Positions 28,621-37,330 of a stretch of 64,000 nucleotides of DNA are shown here, piece by piece. The notes beneath the pieces are model-generated. The model did not search any database. It was given only the letters and a program-made list of their open reading frames with translations, and was not told where the DNA came from. This DNA is from Desulfonatronovibrionaceae bacterium (GTDB lineage Bacteria; Desulfobacterota; Desulfovibrionia; Desulfovibrionales; Desulfonatronovibrionaceae). A program made the translations under genes and the position numbers. Position 1 is the first letter of the stretch, and every line of letters begins with the position of its first letter. The stretch spans positions 12,937 to 76,936 of the forward strand of contig JBKHGE010000005.1 of assembly GCA_046539845.1 (NCBI GenBank), written 5' to 3'.

Positions 28621-28839
28621 ATGAGAACAGACAACGACATTGAACTCGTATGCAGCTTCTGTGGAGGCAAGGCCCGCATAAAAGGACGGTGAGTAAAGGC
28701 CCGGGTATGCTGCATGGACTGCGGCGTGGAGATGCCTTTGTCCTTTTACCGTCGTGAACTGGAAAGAGCCAAGGAAAGGATGCTCTTGGAATTCGAGCCG
28801 GGATGCGCCTTGGGAAACAAGGGGCATGATTCAGGGTAA
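28621..28839 (+). pseudogene. zinc-ribbon (Lar-like) small ORF interrupted by an in-frame TGA at 28690..28692: pseudogene or recoding candidate
   Basis: My own translation is MRTDNDIELVCSFCGGKARIKGR-TGA-VKARVCCMDCGVEMPLSFYRRELERAKERMLLEFEPGCALGNKGHDSG-TAA. There is a CxxC pair on each side of the stop and an AGAGG about 11 nt upstream of the ATG. Confidence 0.25.
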
Positions 28840-29184
28840 ATACGCTTTATTCCCGCTTTCATCCACCCGGACAAAAGTCACTGAAGTGGCAAACACCCAT
28901 TTCTCCTGATCTCCACCCGGCTCGTCCGAATACACGTCCACCTGATAGGTGACCGAGCTTCGCCCCTTGTCTCGCTTCTGGATATTGAAGCGCAAAATAG
29001 ACCCGCTAAGCACAGGCTTACGGAAACGGATCTCGTCCATGGCCACGGTCACAAGCCTGCACCCTCTGAATTCCTTGCTTGCGGCCAGCCAGGCGAATTC
29101 ATCCACCCATTTGAGCATCATTCCCCCGAACAGATACCCGTGATGGTTAAGGTGCCCCGGCCGGACCAGCGTAAAATTATCCAT
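28831..29184 (-). CDS. hotdog-fold acyl-CoA thioesterase (YciA-like)
   Basis: 117 aa. HLNHHGYLFGGMMLKWVDEFAW is the typical 4HBT/acyl-CoA hydrolase N-terminus. Confidence 0.8.
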   Translation of the reverse strand: MDNFTLVRPGHLNHHGYLFGGMMLKWVDEFAWLAASKEFRGCRLVTVAMDEIRFRKPVLSGSILRFNIQKRDKGRSSVTYQVDVYSDEPGGDQEKWVFATSVTFVRVDESGNKAYLP

Positions 29185-30220
29185 TGCCTGTGCCCTGTTG
29201 CTTGAAATATCCCTTTAAAAGACCAAAGCAACCGGCAAGCATCATGTCCCCGCCCGGACAGGGATAGCGGATATCCGATCCCTGCAAGAGATCCCGTTTG
29301 GGCCCCAAAACAAAGGTATGGGCAAACCCGGCTGCCGCCTGGGGCAGATCGGCGGTATAACAGCCGTGGCCCCGCTCAAAGAACACTTCCTCATTTTTAA
29401 GCCTGCCTTTACGGAAAAGGTCCAGGTCAGTGCGGAGTTTTTCCGGAGTCAGGATCCCAGTGTGCTGTTCATAAACACCCCACACCCGGTCTGCATACAC
29501 CAGAAAGGCCACAGTATGGCTGTTTCCGATATTCACGATACAGCCCCCTTCCTTCAAAACCCTACCCTCAACGGCTGGATCAAACAAGGCCCCCAGGGCC
29601 GCGGCCGAGCCGCTGTCCGCCACCAGTCCCGCCCCGATACTTTCGGCCAAGGCCTTGAGCCGGGTCATCTCCACCGGGGGAGCGGCAAAGAGCAGCTCAC
29701 TCATCTCCCCCCGGCTGGCGGTAAGGAACCTCTCCCACAGCTCGAATCTCCCCCTGCGGTTGCTCTCCCGCGGATGATAGCCGTGGTCCTGGGCACAGGC
29801 CAAAATGAGTTCCGGATACTCCAGACCGGCCGCAGCCAGCCAGGACCGCCAGAAACCGGGATCAAAATCAGCCAAATAAACAGGGACAAACCCGGGGGGA
29901 CAATTATCGCTTATTTGTACGCCCAAGCCAGTCACCCGGTCCGGATCGTCGGACAAAGCCAAAGCGGCCCTGGAAGTGGCCACGACCCGTAATCCGGCCT
30001 CCAGATGGGCGCGCAGCGCCCCGGAAAACCCGCCACCCATATTTTGTCCGAACAAAAAGATATTGTTCCCCTTCCGGGTATGCCCCTCTATTTCTTTGGA
30101 GACCGCGACCGCAGGTGAGGGTAGGATAAACTTGGGACAGTTCTCCAGCGCGGTCCGGGGCTGATAGTAAAGCACATCCTGGGTCCCGCTCCCAATATCC
30201 AGACATAGAATAGACCTCAA
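29177..30220 (-). CDS. ASKHA-fold protein, DUF1786-like
   Basis: N-terminal ILCLDIGSGTQDVL phosphate-1-like motif. 347 aa. 8-nt overlap with the thioesterase gene. Family name recalled, not verified. Confidence 0.55.
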   Translation of the reverse strand: MRSILCLDIGSGTQDVLYYQPRTALENCPKFILPSPAVAVSKEIEGHTRKGNNIFLFGQNMGGGFSGALRAHLEAGLRVVATSRAALALSDDPDRVTGLGVQISDNCPPGFVPVYLADFDPGFWRSWLAAAGLEYPELILACAQDHGYHPRESNRRGRFELWERFLTASRGEMSELLFAAPPVEMTRLKALAESIGAGLVADSGSAAALGALFDPAVEGRVLKEGGCIVNIGNSHTVAFLVYADRVWGVYEQHTGILTPEKLRTDLDLFRKGRLKNEEVFFERGHGCYTADLPQAAAGFAHTFVLGPKRDLLQGSDIRYPCPGGDMMLAGCFGLLKGYFKQQGTGNG

Positions 30221-30361
30221 TTTCCACTCCTTGGCATTTGACTCCGTTTATGTGCTCCGGTACAGCGTATACGCCGCACCCGGGAATGAATCATCCGGGA
30301 GTCAGAATACACCCCGGGCCAGGAATAGACAACCCGGCTTCGGACCGGGGCCCTCAAAGAC

Positions 30362-30400
30362 AAAAAACCCCGGAACCTGGCACATCGCCCGGAGCCGGGG
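30362..30400 (-). terminator. candidate intrinsic terminator of clpB
   Basis: On the minus strand: CCCCGG-(21 nt)-CCGGGG followed by TTTTTTG, about 35 nt after the clpB stop. Confidence 0.4.
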
Positions 30401-30435
30401 CCTAGTTCTAGCGCGCCCTGCATTTGGCCTTTCTT

Positions 30436-33045
30436 TTAACTGATGTCAAAGGCCAGTGCACCGTCGCGTACAGTCACAACCACTTTCTGTCCTTCCTTGA
30501 GTTCTCCGTTTATCAGTTTCCTGGCCAACCCGGTCTCTATATTGTGCTGCAGATACCTCCTCAGCGGTCTGGCCCCGTATACTGGATCATAGGCCTCGGA
30601 TGCGATCAGATTCTCCGCCTCTTCGGACATCTCAATCTCTATCTTGCGCTCCTCAAGCCGGCCGCGAATCTCATCCAACATAAGGGAGATGATCTTCTTT
30701 ATCTCTTCACGGAGCAGGGGCTTAAAGAGGACCACCTCATCAACACGATTAAGGAATTCAGGCCGGAAATGGCCCCGGACCTCATTCATTACCTGATCCT
30801 TGGCCTCGTCTCGGAGCTCTCCGTTTTCGGTTATACCTTCCAAGAGATACTGTGAACCCAGATTGGAGGTCATAATGATTATGGTATTCTTGAAATCAAC
30901 GGTCCGGCCGTGACTGTCGGTCAACCGGCCGTCGTCCATGATCTGCAACAGGATGTTGAACACATCCACGTGCGCCTTTTCCACCTCATCAAAAAGGATC
31001 ACGCTGTACGGCTTGCGCCGGACGATTTCAGTCAGTTGTCCGCCCTCGTCATAACCAACATATCCCGGGGGAGCGCCTATGAGCCTGGCCACGGTATGCT
31101 TTTCCATATATTCGGACATGTCCAGGCGGACCATATTCTCCTCGGTATCGAACAGTGTCCGGGCCAGGGTCTTGCACAACTCGGTCTTGCCCACCCCGGT
31201 AGGACCGAAAAAGAGAAAGGAACCGATGGGTCTTCCGGGGTCTTTCAGCCCGGCCCGGGCCCGGACCACCGCATCAGCGACTGCGTCCACCGCCTCATCC
31301 TGACCCACGACCCGTTTGTGCAAAACATCAGCGAGCTTGAGTAGCTTCTCCCGCTCGCCCTCCATAAGCCGACTGACCGGAATTCCAGTCCACTTGGAAA
31401 TAATCTCGGCCACATCATCCGGACCGACGAATTCCTTGAGCAATCCCTCATTGCCTTCCGTTTTCTGCCCGTAGACCTTTTCCTTGTCCGCCAGTTCCCT
31501 TTCCAGCTCGTTCAGTCGCCCGTAGCGTAGCTCAGCCGCTCGGTTGAGATCATAACTGCGCTCCGCTTTTTCTATCTCCAGCTTGGTCTTTTCTATCTCT
31601 TCTTTTAGGCTGCGCAGACGGTTTATACCTTGCTTTTCCTTTTCCCACTGCGCGGTGAGCGAGGACTGCTTTTCCCTGAGATCGGCCAGCTCTTTGCCCA
31701 GCTTTTCCAGCCGCTCCCTGGAGGACTCATCATTCTCTTTTTTCAGGGCCTCCTGCTCGATTTCCAGCTGCATGACCTTGCGGTTTATCTCATCCAGCTC
31801 AGTGGGCAAGGAATCAATTTCCGTCCTTATCTTGGACGCGGACTCGTCTATCAGGTCTATGGCCTTGTCCGGGAGCTGGCGATCGGTAATGTACCTATGG
31901 GACAAAACCGCTGCCGTGACCAGGGAGCTGTCACTTATGCGTACCCCGTGATGCACTTCGAAGCGCTCTTTTAGACCGCGTAATATGGAGATAGTGTCCT
32001 CAACCCCGGGCTCATCGACCATTACCGGCTGAAAGCGCCGCTCAAGCGCGGGATCCTTTTCTACATTCTTGCGGTATTCGTCCACAGTGGTCGCTCCTAT
32101 GCAGTGCAATTCACCCCGGGCCAGCATCGGCTTTAAGAGATTACCCGCGTCCATGGAGCCCTCGGTCCGACCAGCCCCGACAATGGTGTGCATTTCGTCA
32201 ATAAAAAGAAGTACCCGTCCCTCTGACTGCTGCACTTCCTTGAGTACCGCCTTAAGGCGTTCCTCAAACTCGCCGCGATATTTGGCCCCGGCTATGAGTG
32301 CACCCATATCCAAGGCGAATATGGTCTTGTCCTTGAGTCCCTCGGGCACGTCCCCGTTGACTATCCTCTGGGCAATGCCCTCGACTATAGCGGTCTTGCC
32401 CACTCCGGCCTCGCCGATAAGCACCGGATTGTTCTTTGTCCTCCGAGAAAGGATACGGATACAGCGTCGGATCTCGCTATCCCGACCTATAACCGGGTCC
32501 AGCCGACCCTGTCTGGCCTCCTCGACCAGGTCCCGGCCATATTTCTTGAGCGCGTCATAGGTCTCTTCCGGATTGGCCGAGGTCACCCGTTGATTGCCTC
32601 GCAGCTCGGTCAAAACATTCAGTATTCTGTCCTTGTCCAGATTAAACTCCCGGGCCACACGGCCTATGCCCGTAGAGCCCGGTTCATCCAAAAGGGTGAG
32701 AAATATGTGCTCGGCACTTACATATTCATCCTTCATCTTAGCGGCCAGGTCCTGCGATTTGAGCAGGACATCATTTAACCTCTGGGTAACATATATCTGT
32801 CCGGGTTGCCCTCCGGGCCCGGTCACGCTGGGGATCTTCCCCAACTCCCGATCCAGGGCCGCGGATATGCCCTGTACATTATATCCGCCCCTCTCCAGGA
32901 TACGAGGGACAACCCCGTTTTCCTGGTCCAGAAAGGCCCGGCACAAATGCTCCGCATCCACCTGCTGGTGTTTGTGCCGCATGGCAATATTCTGGGCCTC
33001 GGAAAGCGCTTCCTGCGATTTCTGGGTAAACTTGTTCAAATCCAT
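30436..33045 (-). CDS. clpB: ATP-dependent chaperone ClpB
   Basis: 869 aa with two AAA+ modules ([25 protein letters not shown]), the long middle coiled-coil domain and the Clp_N repeat. Confidence 0.97.
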   Translation of the reverse strand: MDLNKFTQKSQEALSEAQNIAMRHKHQQVDAEHLCRAFLDQENGVVPRILERGGYNVQGISAALDRELGKIPSVTGPGGQPGQIYVTQRLNDVLLKSQDLAAKMKDEYVSAEHIFLTLLDEPGSTGIGRVAREFNLDKDRILNVLTELRGNQRVTSANPEETYDALKKYGRDLVEEARQGRLDPVIGRDSEIRRCIRILSRRTKNNPVLIGEAGVGKTAIVEGIAQRIVNGDVPEGLKDKTIFALDMGALIAGAKYRGEFEERLKAVLKEVQQSEGRVLLFIDEMHTIVGAGRTEGSMDAGNLLKPMLARGELHCIGATTVDEYRKNVEKDPALERRFQPVMVDEPGVEDTISILRGLKERFEVHHGVRISDSSLVTAAVLSHRYITDRQLPDKAIDLIDESASKIRTEIDSLPTELDEINRKVMQLEIEQEALKKENDESSRERLEKLGKELADLREKQSSLTAQWEKEKQGINRLRSLKEEIEKTKLEIEKAERSYDLNRAAELRYGRLNELERELADKEKVYGQKTEGNEGLLKEFVGPDDVAEIISKWTGIPVSRLMEGEREKLLKLADVLHKRVVGQDEAVDAVADAVVRARAGLKDPGRPIGSFLFFGPTGVGKTELCKTLARTLFDTEENMVRLDMSEYMEKHTVARLIGAPPGYVGYDEGGQLTEIVRRKPYSVILFDEVEKAHVDVFNILLQIMDDGRLTDSHGRTVDFKNTIIIMTSNLGSQYLLEGITENGELRDEAKDQVMNEVRGHFRPEFLNRVDEVVLFKPLLREEIKKIISLMLDEIRGRLEERKIEIEMSEEAENLIASEAYDPVYGARPLRRYLQHNIETGLARKLINGELKEGQKVVVTVRDGALAFDIS

Positions 33046-33106
33046 AATATCCTCCTTTATATATCATCCGGGAGATATCCCGGTTTAATGTCCTAAACTG
33101 CTGCGG

Positions 33107-33424
33107 CTACAAAAGCCTGCGCAGTTCTCTGACCTCCCGCTGGAGGTCCTCGATCTGCTGCAGCAGATCGACAATTATAATTCCACCCACGGTGGACAGC
33201 TCAAAATCCTTGCATAAGCGGACCAACTTGCGGACCTTGAATATTTCCGGCTCCGGGAAGAGAAAATCGTTGTTCCTGGTACACACTGAGTCCACCCAAT
33301 CCATTTCGATCAGTTCCATCAGTCGGTGCGGACTGATCTCGCTGGCCTGAACAAATTCAGACCAGGCCAAAAGTCTTGACTTGGCCGGCCTGGACATTTT
33401 CCTTAAGTCTATTCTATCGTTCAT
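33107..33424 (-). CDS. cbpM: chaperone-modulator CbpM-like (MerR-type fold)
   Basis: 105 aa located immediately downstream of the cbpA-like J-protein. Has an LVRLCKDFEL...VDLLQQIEDLQREVRELR C-terminal helix. Confidence 0.7.
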   Translation of the reverse strand: MNDRIDLRKMSRPAKSRLLAWSEFVQASEISPHRLMELIEMDWVDSVCTRNNDFLFPEPEIFKVRKLVRLCKDFELSTVGGIIIVDLLQQIEDLQREVRELRRLL

Positions 33425-33436
33425 CCCGCCTCCGCT

Positions 33437-34432
33437 CTAATTCCTGGGATTGAAATTGGATTTATCAGCCAATTGTTGCCAAAGACCGCGCTCCTGTTCG
33501 GAGAGCGATTTCGGGACCTTGATCATGATCCGTATCAGCTGGTCGCCCTTGTCCCGGCCCTTGCCCAGGCCCTTGCCTCTGAGCCGCAGCTTTTGTCCGC
33601 TTCCGGTCCCGGCCGGGATATTCATCTCCACCTGGCCGTCCAGGGTGGGAACATTTACCTTGGCCCCCAAAACCGCCTCCCAGGGAGCCAGGGGCAGGTC
33701 ATAGACTATATTTTTGCCCTCTACCTTAAATTTGGGATGCGGGGCGAGGCGGACCCGCATATACAGATCCCCTGACGGTCCACCGCCCATGCCCGGACTG
33801 CCTTGGCCGGAAAGGCGGATCTTGCTCCCGTCCTTGACCCCGGACGGGATGTTCACCTGCAGTGTCTTGTTTTGCATACGGGGGAGGCCGTCCGGGCCCT
33901 GGACCTGCTCCTGCAGGGTAACGCTTTTATTCCCACCATGATAAGCATCCTCCAAGCTTATCTGAATCTCGGCCTCGGCATCACGGCCCTTGCCCTGAAA
34001 TCCACCCTGGGCCCCGGAAAAACCCCTCGGACCGAAACCCGAACCGGTGCTTCTACGGTTGTATCCGCTCCGACCACCACCAAAGCCACCGCCGAAAATG
34101 GTCTCAAAAAAATCGCTGAAGCCGCCCAGATCAAAATCCTCGGCTCCGCCGCCCCCGAAAGTAAAGCGCACATTCTCATAGCCCGGCGGGGGCTGGAAAT
34201 TCTGGCCGTGCTGCCAGTCCGAGCCCAGGGAATCATACATGCGGCGTTTCTCGTCATCCTTTAAGACCTCATAGGCCTCGCCAATCTCCTTGAACTTCTT
34301 TTCCGCCTCCGGATCGTCCGGGTTCAGGTCCGGGTGATATTTCCTAGCCAGCTTCTTATAGGCCTTAGATATCTCCTCCTTGGACGCGTTTTTATCCACT
34401 CCGAGTAGTTTGTAGTAATCCTTGTATTCCAT
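33437..34432 (-). CDS. cbpA: DnaJ-class co-chaperone without zinc-finger domain (CbpA-like)
   Basis: J domain (DYYKLLGV...YHPDLNP), G/F-rich linker, then C-terminal peptide-binding domains directly. There are no CxxCxGxG repeats. Confidence 0.85.
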   Translation of the reverse strand: MEYKDYYKLLGVDKNASKEEISKAYKKLARKYHPDLNPDDPEAEKKFKEIGEAYEVLKDDEKRRMYDSLGSDWQHGQNFQPPPGYENVRFTFGGGGAEDFDLGGFSDFFETIFGGGFGGGRSGYNRRSTGSGFGPRGFSGAQGGFQGKGRDAEAEIQISLEDAYHGGNKSVTLQEQVQGPDGLPRMQNKTLQVNIPSGVKDGSKIRLSGQGSPGMGGGPSGDLYMRVRLAPHPKFKVEGKNIVYDLPLAPWEAVLGAKVNVPTLDGQVEMNIPAGTGSGQKLRLRGKGLGKGRDKGDQLIRIMIKVPKSLSEQERGLWQQLADKSNFNPRN

Positions 34433-34687
34433 GAAAATTGTCGCTCCTGTCCAAATTTTCAGTATTATCTAACAACTATCTTTTAAGAATAAGCAGGGAT
34501 TTGCTTTAGTCAAGAAAATGACGGACAGTCTTTTTATCCGTGGAGCTGTTGCCTGGCCCGGACAAAGGAATTAATGTCTGTCTGCCGGCAGCGATAGTAC
34601 GCTACAACAGCTTCATCTGTCTGTGGTTAAAAGTATCAAAAAGGCTTGGAAAAAATCGCTAGCAAGCGCCGGGAAACCAAAAATATT

Positions 34688-35464
34688 ATGTCAAAAAAAG
34701 CCACACCAGAATTCACCGGTACGGACCGCTTTTACCGGGGCATGTGCAGACCGGAAAAAGGAGAAGTCCATTTCCAGGTAGTCTTAGAGGAAACCGATTT
34801 GTGGGTCACCGCCCTTAAGGACCTGAGTGCAGAGATCCTGGAATATATCCACACCCTGAGAGCGGAACTCAAAAATCACTGCCGGCGGCATCCGGATTTC
34901 TTGTCCGCGCTTCATCCCCTTGATCCCGGACCTGCAGACCCGGAAATAGCCGCCAGGATGAAAGAGGCCTCTTCCAGGCTCAATATCGGCCCCATGGCTG
35001 CAGTAGCCGGATGCATCGCCATGATGGTCGCAGAAAGGTTCGCAGACAAAAGCCCGGACCTGGTGGTGGAAAACGGAGGGGACATCTATATGTACTCCAC
35101 CCGGGAGAGAAAAGTCGGGCTCCTGGCCGATCCGGAAACAGGGGTCCATTTGGCACTGCGGGTTCCGTTTAGCCAATTCCCGTGCTCCCTGTGCTCCTCG
35201 TCCTCGACCATCGGTCATTCCTTGAGCCTGGGCCAGGGAGATTTGGTCACAGTACTGGCCAAAGACGGCTGCTTGGCGGACGCGGCCGCCACCGCCCTAG
35301 CCAATAACCTGCAGGGGAAAAAGGGGCTTAGCAGGATGCTCACTCAGGCAAAGACCCTGAAAAAGAACGGAGTCATGGGGGTATTTGGACAAAAAGGGGA
35401 GGAGATAGGGGTATGGGGGGAAATGGAGCTGGTCAGCATCCCAGACGATCCACAGTCTCCTTGA
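34688..35464 (+). CDS. UPF0280 family protein (ApbE-like fold)
   Basis: FYRG...VVLEETDLWV...GPMAAVAGCIA...ENGGDIY...DAAATALAN pattern. Alternative TTG start at 34646. Confidence 0.65.
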   Translation: MSKKATPEFTGTDRFYRGMCRPEKGEVHFQVVLEETDLWVTALKDLSAEILEYIHTLRAELKNHCRRHPDFLSALHPLDPGPADPEIAARMKEASSRLNIGPMAAVAGCIAMMVAERFADKSPDLVVENGGDIYMYSTRERKVGLLADPETGVHLALRVPFSQFPCSLCSSSSTIGHSLSLGQGDLVTVLAKDGCLADAAATALANNLQGKKGLSRMLTQAKTLKKNGVMGVFGQKGEEIGVWGEMELVSIPDDPQSP

Positions 35465-36767
35465 CCTGTCTCCCCAGCGGTGTCTGGCGGTTTATCTCCC
35501 GTTCCAGATTGGATATGCCCTTGAGTACAGTGGAATGCCTGCGATTAAAGCTGCGGCCAATTTCCTTCAACGACAGTTCGGTATACATCCGGGCCAGATA
35601 AAAAGCCGTGTTCCTGGCCAAAACATGCTGCTTTTTCCTGCTCTTGGAGGCCAGTTGGGAGCTGGTCACTGAATAGACCGAACACACGAATTCGACTATC
35701 CTGGACATGTCCACTCGGGGGCCGTGGACATCGTAGTTCTTCAAAACCTCCCAGGCCAAATCCAGAGAAATGCTCTGCCTCAAAAGTCTGGCCTTGAGGA
35801 CAAGGTTCTGCAGGCAGCTCTCCAGCTGGCGGACATCGCTATGTATCTTGTCTGCCAAAAGTTCATTCACCTCCGCGGGCACAGAAAACTGCATGGCCTT
35901 GGACTTATTTTCCAGGATTCGAAGCCGGGTCTCGTAATCCGGCTTGTCAATCACGGCCAAAAACCCCTGACTCAGCCTGGACATAAGCTTGCCGTCCACA
36001 TCTTTTAGCTCCTTGGGCAAAAAGGTGCTGGACAGGGCGATCTTCTTACCCTGATTCTTCAAGGAATCAATGGTGGCCAGGAATTCGTCCTGGATTTTCT
36101 CCTTGCCCTGGAAGAAGTGGATGTCCTCGAGCAAAAGCATGTCAATGCCGTCCCGGAACTGCTTCTTGAACTCATCAATCCGCCTGTTCTTCAAAGCGAA
36201 AATCATCTGGTTGGCGAATTCCTCTGCAGACAGATAGGCCAGTCTTATCTTGCGCCTCGCGTTGTTTTTACCCAAAAGACTGCCTATAGAATGGATCAGA
36301 TGAGTCTTGCCCAGGCCGGGCGAAGAACACAAAAAGAGCTGGTCCGCGGACAAATCCTGGCTGCACACAGATTTAGAGGCTGCGTAAGCCAACTCGTTAC
36401 TGGGTCCGACCACAAACCTTTCGAAATCGAATTTGAAACGCTTGTCCAGTCCTATATCCGGGGATAGGGGCAGACTCAACTGATGCTCCTTTCTCTGGGT
36501 CCTGACCGTTGGAGCGGCCGGCTTTGGACCGGCAGAATCGACCCTGACCTGAATCTCAGGGACAAAATCTAGGATACTTTTGGCCGCGTCAGCTATTTCC
36601 CGGGCATGCCTGTCTCTAACCCAGGAGGCAACAAACTCGTTCGGGGCCTTCAAATACAAGGTCCGGCCCTTGAGCTCCCCGGTCAAAGGCTGGATCCAGA
36701 CCTTGAACACCCCTTTTTGCAGGCAATTTTCCAGGACTTTTTGTATTCTGGGCCAAGTTCCATTCAT
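35433..36767 (-). CDS. dnaA: chromosomal replication initiator protein DnaA
   Basis: Domain I (W..I...L......F..WIQPL), AAA+ Walker A SSPGLGKTHL, Walker B LLLEDIHF. Domain IV reads KKQHVLARNTAFYLARMYTELSLKEIGRSFNRRHSTVLKGISNLE. Confidence 0.93.
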   Translation of the reverse strand: MNGTWPRIQKVLENCLQKGVFKVWIQPLTGELKGRTLYLKAPNEFVASWVRDRHAREIADAAKSILDFVPEIQVRVDSAGPKPAAPTVRTQRKEHQLSLPLSPDIGLDKRFKFDFERFVVGPSNELAYAASKSVCSQDLSADQLFLCSSPGLGKTHLIHSIGSLLGKNNARRKIRLAYLSAEEFANQMIFALKNRRIDEFKKQFRDGIDMLLLEDIHFFQGKEKIQDEFLATIDSLKNQGKKIALSSTFLPKELKDVDGKLMSRLSQGFLAVIDKPDYETRLRILENKSKAMQFSVPAEVNELLADKIHSDVRQLESCLQNLVLKARLLRQSISLDLAWEVLKNYDVHGPRVDMSRIVEFVCSVYSVTSSQLASKSRKKQHVLARNTAFYLARMYTELSLKEIGRSFNRRHSTVLKGISNLEREINRQTPLGRQVKETVDRLGC

Positions 36768-36986
36768 GGCCCCGATCTTTACGCCCGTCCCCCCATATGA
36801 GGCAAACCCGACTAAAAGCCTGTTACCCGCACCTGAAAAACATTTGATTTACAACATATCGGCCTTAAATTACTGAAAATTCTTCTACATACCCCTGTGT
36901 ATTGCAAGACTAGCGACCGGCAATAATTCCAATGATTAGAAGCCTACACCCCGTATGCAGGCATTTTTTTAACAGACACTCATAAG

Positions 36987-36995
36987 TTTTCCACA
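36987..36995 (+). promoter_or_regulatory. DnaA box TTTTCCACA (fits TTWTNCACA) about 220 nt upstream of dnaA
   Basis: This is the only 9-mer in 36768..37330 that I could match to the relaxed consensus on either strand. Confidence 0.4.
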
Positions 36996-37330
36996 GGCAA
37001 GGTAAAAATTTGCTTCTATTTGCTCTAAATCAGGACCAAATTCTTAACTGGAGTGAAAGTATTTCTTAAACCCTCTTGACACTGCTATTGTCTGCAGCTC
37101 TTTTGCAGATCGACTTGACCGGATCGTCTGCAGGGCAATAAAGTCGTGGCAAAAGACCTGTTCACGGCCGACACCGACGTCTTCCTTGCATAACGACTTG
37201 ATTTTTAGCGGGAATAAAAGCTTGAGATAAAAAAGGGGGCAAGACTGACGGCCGGAAAACATAGCCGAATAAAAAAGATTAGAGGCCATGGGCCGTGGGT
37301 GGCCAACTCCGGCCGGTAGAAAGGAAAAAA

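Noticed and set aside
28291-28827. Minus-strand ORFs 28291..28506 (71 aa) and 28525..28827 (100 aa).
   Set aside because: One is highly basic and the other featureless, and neither has an RBS. The second is antisense to the CxxC zinc-ribbon frame, which at least shows a recognisable motif pattern. Neither is called as a gene.
37044-37289. 81-aa ORF in the dnaA upstream region.
   Set aside because: It has no RBS and an odd composition, and it lies in an AT-rich regulatory region. It is more likely non-coding.
36768-37330. Calling this region oriC because it is upstream of dnaA.
   Set aside because: It has only one DnaA-box match, no dnaN downstream and no visible coding-strand switch. It is kept as a low-confidence hypothesis in the findings, not as a feature.
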